A stretch of 40,027 nt of DNA, taken from the IMG/VR virus record IMGVR_UViG_3300045988_104662. One strand, written 5' to 3'. The notes below the pieces were generated by a model. The model did not search any database. It saw only the letters and a program-made list of their open reading frames with translations, and was not told where the DNA came from. Numbering within the stretch: the first letter of the stretch is position 1; every line of letters starts with the position of its first letter. The position numbers and the translations under genes were made by a program. Below, one piece after another: positions 35,005 through 40,027 of this stretch. This DNA is from a virus.

Positions 35005-35106
35005 GTGCACCGGTTCGGCAATCTCAGTGATGGCTCGAACTGCGGCGCGTTCCACGCGAACCTGAACAGGGACCTGACGAACCGCAGGTGGAACATCGGC
35101 GGCCGC
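35005..35106 (+). repeat. DGR template repeat (TR)
   Basis: Contains 21 adenines, 15 of them substituted in VR. Four AAC codons and one AAT codon in the VR frame (VHRFGNLSDGSNCGAFHANLNRDLTNRRWNIGGR). Homology ends in the GC-only run cggcggccgc. Confidence 0.9.
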
Positions 35107-35280
35107 ATACCTGGACAATCCTGTCGAAAACATCAGAACACTCCGATTACCGTCGGCCACGATCTAAGCCAGACGGCATGCCACGGCCAGATCCGAAAAT
35201 GCAACACGAGCACGCGGCCGGTAGATGAACCCATCCAGCCACATCGACAGCCGCGCAAAGTCCAGATAGGAACAGCTCAA

Positions 35281-36384
35281 TTGAAAACCTACTGCCGTCA
35301 CACGCATTGCGGCACACCGGCCTTCGTCAGGAAGGCCATAGACCATTACCTGCAAGGCAAAACATCAAGACGCGACGTCACGAGATTCCTGGAACACCAC
35401 CCGGACCTCGACGACCTCGCCATCAGACTCGCCGGCCAGATCAGGACCGGCGGATTCGACCATCCACGTATCCGATACTTCAACCGTGTCGAACCGATTT
35501 CCGGCAAGCATCGCGTCATCGGCCGTGAGGCCGTCGAACAGCAGATCCTCGACCACGTCGCGGTCATCGCCCTCATGCCCTTGTTCGACGCGAAGATAGG
35601 ACGATGGCAGACCGCGAGCATCCCGGACCGCGGCACCAACGACGCACGACGTGTCATCCGCAAATGGATCCGCGAACCATCGAGCAAAGTCTTCGTCAAA
35701 CTCGATGTGCGCAAATGCTATCCATCGATTGATCGGCCGACGCTCAAGGCGATGCTCTCGCACGACGTCGGCGACATGACGCTCCTGCGCCTCGTCTTCC
35801 ACCTCATCGACTCCTACGCCGGCGATAACGGCCTGAACATCGGCAGCTACCTCAGCCAATACCTGGCGAATTATTACCTGTCGTCCATCTGGCACTTCTG
35901 CGAGCACGGACTCACCAAAACCAGACGGCACAGGGACGGCACCACCACGAAGCGAAGGCTCGTCACCCACGTCCTCTTCTACATGGACGACATCCTGCTG
36001 CTCGGACGCTCGAAACGCGACCTGTCGATCGCGGCAAGACGCATCACCACCTTCGCGCACGACCGGCTCAAACTCGACATGCACCCCGAATGGAACGTCA
36101 AGCACGTCGGCATCGAACCAATCGACATGGTCGGCTACACGTTCCGGCCCGGCCGGACGAACATCAGACCCGGCATATTCCTGCGAGCCGGACGGACCTT
36201 CGCCAGATTCCGCCGACACCCAAGGAACCTGACACTGGCGCGCAGATGCGCCAGCTACTACGGATACTTCATCCACTCCGACTCGACGCTCGTGCGCCGC
36301 CGCCGGCAGGTGGACAAGACAATGCGCATGGCCAAGCGGACGCTGGCCCGCGCCAACCAACAACCAAGGAAGGAAAAAAGATGA
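35281..36384 (+). CDS. DGR reverse transcriptase (start uncertain; TTG 35281 proposed)
   Basis: Motifs LDVRKCYPSID, NIGSYLSQYLANYYL (the DGR-typical [ILV]GxxxSQ), FYMDDILLLG, IDMVGYTF. There is no in-frame ATG or GTG before the RT motifs. TTG 35281 has AGGAA about 8 nt upstream. Confidence 0.85.
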   Translation: MKTYCRHTHCGTPAFVRKAIDHYLQGKTSRRDVTRFLEHHPDLDDLAIRLAGQIRTGGFDHPRIRYFNRVEPISGKHRVIGREAVEQQILDHVAVIALMPLFDAKIGRWQTASIPDRGTNDARRVIRKWIREPSSKVFVKLDVRKCYPSIDRPTLKAMLSHDVGDMTLLRLVFHLIDSYAGDNGLNIGSYLSQYLANYYLSSIWHFCEHGLTKTRRHRDGTTTKRRLVTHVLFYMDDILLLGRSKRDLSIAARRITTFAHDRLKLDMHPEWNVKHVGIEPIDMVGYTFRPGRTNIRPGIFLRAGRTFARFRRHPRNLTLARRCASYYGYFIHSDSTLVRRRRQVDKTMRMAKRTLARANQQPRKEKR

Positions 36385-36749
36385 GCAAACTCGTCACCAG
36401 CGCCACACCGCTGGAAAAGGTCGAATACTTCAGGCGGGGCGACGGCCTCGCCGACATCTGGCTCCGCGAGGACATCAAGCAGGTCCAGCATCTCGGCACC
36501 GATGGCACCGAGACCACCGAATACACGGCGCAGGAAACCTACCTGTGCCGCGACCTGACCGAACAGGAGGCGGTCGAGCAATTCGACAGCCTCATCCAAT
36601 CGGCCGAGATCGAATCGATGGACGACAAGGAGCGCATCGCACAGCTCGAGCAGCAGGCCGTCGACAACGCCACCGCCATCGCGGCCCTCTACGAGGCGCA
36701 ACTCACCACAGCGTCCGCCAACGATGCCGGAGCAAAGGAGCAAGCATGA
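36381..36749 (+). CDS. Acidic hypothetical protein
   Basis: 122 aa. ATGA overlap with the RT stop. Strongly acidic, so unlike Avd. Confidence 0.5.
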   Translation: MSKLVTSATPLEKVEYFRRGDGLADIWLREDIKQVQHLGTDGTETTEYTAQETYLCRDLTEQEAVEQFDSLIQSAEIESMDDKERIAQLEQQAVDNATAIAALYEAQLTTASANDAGAKEQA

Positions 36750-36889
36750 ACACCCTGCAGCAAGCCATGATCGCCATCTACGCCAACCTCGTCCGCTCCG
36801 GAGCCCGCACCATCGACTCCATCCCCAAAAACCTGCGCGACGAAGTCCAGAAGCGCCTCGACCCATGGAGCTCGGACGACGCCGCTTAA
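36746..36889 (+). CDS. Small hypothetical protein
   Basis: 47 aa with an ATGA overlap. Confidence 0.4.
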   Translation: MNTLQQAMIAIYANLVRSGARTIDSIPKNLRDEVQKRLDPWSSDDAA

Positions 36890-36950
36890 CCTCTTTTCAA
36901 GCACGGAATTCTGGACGTCTCTCATCGTCGCCCTGATCGGCGGTGGAGGA

Positions 36951-37268
36951 GTGGGTGCCATCATCGGCGCCATCTCCAGCAGACGCAAGGACACCGCGGA
37001 CATCGCCGCGAAGGCTTGCGACATCCTCACCGATTCCGTCATCAAGCCTTTGAGGGAACAGGTCGAGTCGCAGGAGGAGCAGATCCAGCACCTGGAGGAT
37101 CAGCAGCGAAAATACTTCGCGCTCGCCGCATACACGAGGCAGCTGTTCCATTGGTTGCAACAGTTCTGCGAGATCGTCGAGCCCGATTTCCTCAAGCGGC
37201 ATCCGAAACCGCACCTGCCGGACGAGCTGCGCGCCGACGTGGCGCCGGAGACCGTGGAGGACGCATGA
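36951..37268 (+). CDS. Coiled-coil protein of the lysis region (true start uncertain)
   Basis: 105 aa from GTG 36951. The frame stays open upstream to ~36888 and encodes a TM-like FWTSLIVALIGGGGVGAIIGAI, but with no canonical start codon. Confidence 0.4.
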   Translation: MGAIIGAISSRRKDTADIAAKACDILTDSVIKPLREQVESQEEQIQHLEDQQRKYFALAAYTRQLFHWLQQFCEIVEPDFLKRHPKPHLPDELRADVAPETVEDA

Positions 37269-37336
37269 CCTTCGTCATCGCCTGGATCGGTCTCGTCGCG
37301 CTCGTCCTGTTTTTCAATCGTGGCGCCCACATGTGA
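37265..37336 (+). CDS. Small hydrophobic peptide (23 aa)
   Basis: MTFVIAWIGLVALVLFFNRGAHM with an ATGA overlap. Confidence 0.35.
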   Translation: MTFVIAWIGLVALVLFFNRGAHM

Positions 37337-37400
37337 CGCCATCAACCATGAAACCACGCGTGAAAACGTGGGGTTTCCCGTTTTCAGAGAAAGGAAATGA

Positions 37401-38639
37401 ATGCGCAAGCACAAGCCTCCGTGGCTCAAACGAATCCGGCTGGCGGTGACCGGCGTGGTCATGGCCATCACCATGGCCGTAGCGCCCGCCGCGATGGCCG
37501 ACCTGAACGGATACGACGTATCCGGCTACCAGGCCCCGGACATCACGCAGGTCGCTCCGGCCGACTTCGCGATCGTCAAGGTCAACCAGGGCTGGTACAT
37601 CAACTCCAGCTGGGGCCAGCAAGCATCCGGCGCCGTCAACACCGGCAAGGAGCTAGGCCTGTACGATTACGCGTCCGGAATGGACGCCACGACCGAAGCC
37701 GACAACTTCGTCAACCACATCACCGGATACGTCGGCAAGGCCATGCTCGTCCTCGACTGGGAGCCATATCAGAACGCCGCGTGGGGCAACAGCAACTGGG
37801 TGCGGACGTGGGTATACCGCGTCCACGCCAGGACGGGAGTGTGGCCCGTCGTCTACTGCTCCAAGGGCTTCGTCGACCAGATACCGGCGGACGTCCGAGC
37901 CAAGTGCATGCTGTGGGCGGCGCAGTACGCCAACAACTACGCGACCGGCTACCAGGACTCCCCATGGCTCGCCGGATCGCAGGGCGAAGGCATGCTCCAG
38001 TACACGAGCACTGGCTACCTCAACGGACATGGACCGCTCGACCTCGACAAATTCTTCGGAGACAGGACGGCATGGCGCAAGATCGCCTGCGGCGAACGCG
38101 CCGGCTGCTCCACCACCGGAGGATCCACCGGCACGCCGAACGTCCACGTGGAGAAGCGGACGACCAACACCACCGACCTGAACGCCATGGCCACCGCCGT
38201 CATCCGCGGCGATTACGGCAACGGCGCCGATCGGCAGTCCCGTCTCGGCGACAACTACCAGGCGGTGATGAACATCGTCAACAGCCGCCTGTCCGGTTCG
38301 ACGTACTCCGGCCCGACCACCGTGACCCGCACGACGACCCGCACCTACGTGGTCCGCTCCGGCGACACCGTGTCGGCCATCGCCGAGCGCACCGGCCTCA
38401 AGCCGGCCTCCGCATGGCGCGTGCCGTCCGGCAACATCAACCGGATCTACGTCGGCCAGACGATCACCTACTACGGCTCGTCCACCGTCTCCACGCCGTC
38501 CACGACCTACTCGTCCACGCACGTGGTCAGCGCAGGCGAGAGCCTGTGGAAGATCTACGGATCCGGCTGGTACGCCGCGGCCCAGCGCAACGGCCTCCGT
38601 CCGCCGTACACCATCTATCCAGGCCAGCGGCTCCGCTGA
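37401..38639 (+). CDS. Endolysin: signal peptide, GH25 muramidase, CW_7-like repeat, two LysM-like repeats
   Basis: N-terminus MRKHKPPWLKRIRLAVTGVVMAITMAVAPAAMA/DL. GH25-like segment GYDVSGYQ...FAIVKVNQG...LGLYDYA. LNAMATAVIRGDYGNGADRQSRLG. YVVRSGDTVSAIAERTG and HVVSAGESLWKIYG. Confidence 0.8.
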   Translation: MRKHKPPWLKRIRLAVTGVVMAITMAVAPAAMADLNGYDVSGYQAPDITQVAPADFAIVKVNQGWYINSSWGQQASGAVNTGKELGLYDYASGMDATTEADNFVNHITGYVGKAMLVLDWEPYQNAAWGNSNWVRTWVYRVHARTGVWPVVYCSKGFVDQIPADVRAKCMLWAAQYANNYATGYQDSPWLAGSQGEGMLQYTSTGYLNGHGPLDLDKFFGDRTAWRKIACGERAGCSTTGGSTGTPNVHVEKRTTNTTDLNAMATAVIRGDYGNGADRQSRLGDNYQAVMNIVNSRLSGSTYSGPTTVTRTTTRTYVVRSGDTVSAIAERTGLKPASAWRVPSGNINRIYVGQTITYYGSSTVSTPSTTYSSTHVVSAGESLWKIYGSGWYAAAQRNGLRPPYTIYPGQRLR

Positions 38640-38705
38640 CCGGACTCCAGCTCCACGATTAAGCGTTGTGGAGCCGGTTCCTGCAACACATAAAGGAGGT
38701 GTGGA

Positions 38706-38957
38706 ATGGACAAGGACACCAAGACTGAGCTCGACTATCTGCTGCCCGACAAGGCATACGAGATCCTCAAGTGGGTCGCGCTGATCGCCCTGCCGGCCGT
38801 CGCATGGCTGGTCGGCGCGGTCGGCCCGCAGTGGGGACTGCCTCACTGCGGCGAGATCGTCACGACCATCAACGCCGTCGGCGTTTTCGTCGGCGCTCTG
38901 ATCGGCGTGAGCCAGCTCACGGCCACCAAGCCGGACGATGATTCCGACAAAGATTAA
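38706..38957 (+). CDS. Holin
   Basis: 83 aa with an AAAGGAGGTG RBS. Two TM helices and a charged C-terminus (KPDDDSDKD). Adjacent to the lysin. Confidence 0.7.
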   Translation: MDKDTKTELDYLLPDKAYEILKWVALIALPAVAWLVGAVGPQWGLPHCGEIVTTINAVGVFVGALIGVSQLTATKPDDDSDKD

Positions 38958-38991
38958 GCGTTGCCACAAAATCAGCGACAACACTTAACAG

Positions 38992-39045
38992 AACTTCGTA
39001 TCGGACTTAACAGCTGTTAAGCTGCCGCTAAGTCCATACGAAGTT
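38992..39045. repeat. Large imperfect inverted repeat with inner 14-bp palindrome
   Basis: aacttcgtatcggactta pairs with taagtccatacgaagtt. The inner palindrome is ttaacagctgttaa (39007-39020). cttaacag also occurs at 38984. Confidence 0.6.
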
Positions 39046-39084
39046 GCCCCTCTCTCAGCCAAGGCTGGGGGAGGGGCTTTTCTT
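39046..39084 (+). terminator. Rho-independent terminator of the late/lysis operon
   Basis: gcccctc...gaggggc stem (39046-39077), followed by ttttctt. Confidence 0.75.
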
Positions 39085-39085
39085 G

Positions 39086-39292
39086 TTATTCGGTCTTGTT
39101 CTTGCGTGGGCGTCCTCCGCCGACGCCGCGACCGGGACGACTGGCGTTCCATCGGTCGATGGTGTCGGGGAGCCATCCGCGAGTGCGGCCGATCGTGGCG
39201 TCCGGCTCGGGGAGCTTGTAGGCGCTGACTGCGGCCGTGCTGATGCCGAGCCGTTTGGCCACGTCGGTGACGCCCAGGTATTCGGTGGTCAT
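39086..39292 (-). CDS. xis: Excisionase-family HTH protein (Xis candidate)
   Basis: ATG at 39292 with a GGGAGGA RBS. 68 aa. Segment YLGVTDVAKRLGISTAAVSAYKLPEPD...WLPDTIDRW. It lies across the attP-like region from int. Confidence 0.6.
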   Translation of the reverse strand: MTTEYLGVTDVAKRLGISTAAVSAYKLPEPDATIGRTRGWLPDTIDRWNASRPGRGVGGGRPRKNKTE

Positions 39293-39447
39293 TCGCCGTC
39301 CTCCCATTTCGTGGAGGCGAGGGCGAGGATTCCGGCGAAGCATCCGAGCGTGCCTGCCGGGAGGGCCTTGCCGCCGACGCCGAGCAGCAGGCTCACGATT
39401 CCTGCCGCGAACGCGATTTTGATGAGTTTGTCCTTCATGATGTTCAT
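39289..39447 (-). CDS. Small membrane protein (52 aa)
   Basis: MNIMKDKLIKIAFAAGIVSLLLGVGGKALPAGTLGCFAGILALASTKWEDGE. Its TGA overlaps the xis ATG. The RBS is weak. Confidence 0.4.
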   Translation of the reverse strand: MNIMKDKLIKIAFAAGIVSLLLGVGGKALPAGTLGCFAGILALASTKWEDGE

Positions 39448-39464
39448 GGGTTAATCTGGTGGGG

Positions 39465-39503
39465 CCGAGTCCCGGATAGGTAGAGAATCCGGGACTCGGT
39501 TTT
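39465..39503 (+). terminator. Hairpin plus TTTT (plus-strand orientation)
   Basis: ccgagtcccgga (39465-76) pairs with tccgggactcgg (39488-99), followed by tttt. Confidence 0.55.
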
Positions 39504-39631
39504 CAGCGCCGTCCGTGGCGGCTTGGCCGGTGGATGAATATCAGGATGACGGTTGATATTCCGACCAGCGCGGAGCCGATGTCGCCGAGTATCGCGGCGA
39601 TGTCCTTGACGGTCTGCCAGATGTTTTCCAT
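39503..39631 (-). CDS. Small hydrophobic protein (42 aa)
   Basis: MENIWQTVKDIAAILGDIGSALVGISTVILIFIHRPSRHGRR. It is preceded by GGAAAGGAGGTGAACATG, the same 18-nt RBS/start context as the repressor gene. Confidence 0.5.
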   Translation of the reverse strand: MENIWQTVKDIAAILGDIGSALVGISTVILIFIHRPSRHGRR

Positions 39632-39908
39632 GTTCACCTCCTTTCCTTGACATAAAATATATTAGCACAGTAAATAAAGTAATGCAAGTCGAAACACAAG
39701 AAAACACCATGGAAGGCGGAGTCAGGCAATGCAAGGCTCCGCCTCTCTTTCACTTTGCGCGCGTCGACAGCCGAAGAGGTGGTGGGTGGTGCAGTGGAAA
39801 AATAGCGAATCCACTGACATCCTCGAGGTGGTATTTCAAGTGGCGCAGGAAAACGAGAATCATTTGAAACGGCTTCATTCCAACGATTCCATCGATTTGC
39901 TCACATAT

Positions 39909-40027
39909 ATGGTGGTTAACGGGAGCAACTTTCCCATAAAATAAAAACAGGCCATGAAAACGGCTTCATTCCAACGATTTCAAGACATGCATCCACTCTT
40001 TTGAGATGGAAACCTAAAGAAAAAAAG
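39909..40027. repeat. Terminal direct repeat, copy 2 (identical to 1..119)
   Basis: See copy 1. The unique genome length would be 39,908 bp. Confidence 0.9.

Larger units (their letters stand above)
33315..36384 (+). mobile_element. Diversity-generating retroelement (target gene, VR, hairpin, TR, RT)
   Basis: See the component features. The VR/TR mismatches fall only at TR adenines, and a YMDD reverse transcriptase is adjacent. Confidence 0.9.

Noticed and set aside
35005-35280. The 459-aa ORF call starting at 35005 taken as the reverse transcriptase N-terminus
   Set aside because: The first ~34 codons are the TR itself, and the called start is a GTG inside TR with no RBS. RT-family similarity begins only after ~35290. 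The openness is probably GC-driven.
36381-36749. Possible Avd (DGR accessory variability determinant)
   Set aside because: The product is strongly acidic and lies downstream of the RT. Avd proteins are small, basic helical bundles, usually found between the target gene and TR. No such ORF was found.
38992-39045. loxP-like site
   Set aside because: Only ~9-10 bp of each arm resemble lox arms, and the arms are ~34 bp apart instead of 8 bp. No Cre-like gene is present. It is kept only as an unexplained inverted repeat.
39044-39454. 136-aa + strand ORF
   Set aside because: It is antisense to the Xis-like gene and the 52-aa membrane ORF. It starts inside the late terminator, has no RBS, and is low-complexity.

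Overview
The window is a complete genome of about 39.9 kb from a temperate, high-GC, siphovirus-type phage. The first 119 nt are identical to the last 119 nt, so it is written as a closed circle with an end overlap. The gene content looks actinobacterial (Bifidobacterium-prophage-like), but that is inference only.

Gene order:
- integrase, a secreted moron, and a divergent repressor/Cro switch
- early and replication genes: SSB, RusA, a replication protein with internal ori-like repeats, a DEDD exonuclease, an Arr-like ADP-ribosyltransferase and a MazG-like protein
- a Cys-rich putative late regulator, then a tRNA-like element
- HNH endonuclease, TerS, and a TerL gene split in two by a ~1.1 kb insertion
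- portal, MuF-like protein, scaffold, major capsid, connectors, major tail protein, and a G/GT chaperone with a CCCAAAA slip site
- tape measure, Dit and Tal
- a receptor-binding gene with a shufflon
- a DGR
- the lysis genes, then Xis

The main result is two independent diversification machines sitting side by side in the distal-tail module.
1. A tyrosine-recombinase shufflon with four crossover sites and four alternative C-terminal cassettes. The expression site reads TGG GAT. The silent sites read TAG CTT.
2. A diversity-generating retroelement. A 102-bp VR/TR pair differs at 15 positions, and every one is a TR adenine. It also has a DGR-type reverse transcriptase and a GC hairpin downstream of VR. 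No Avd-like gene is visible.

Secondary oddities are the split large terminase (its insertion carries a DUF4417-like gene broken at a C8 tract), two tRNA-like elements, and a replication-gene-internal origin-like repeat cluster. Most long reverse-strand ORFs in the track are GC-driven artefacts. All alignments and counts were done by hand. No database search was possible.
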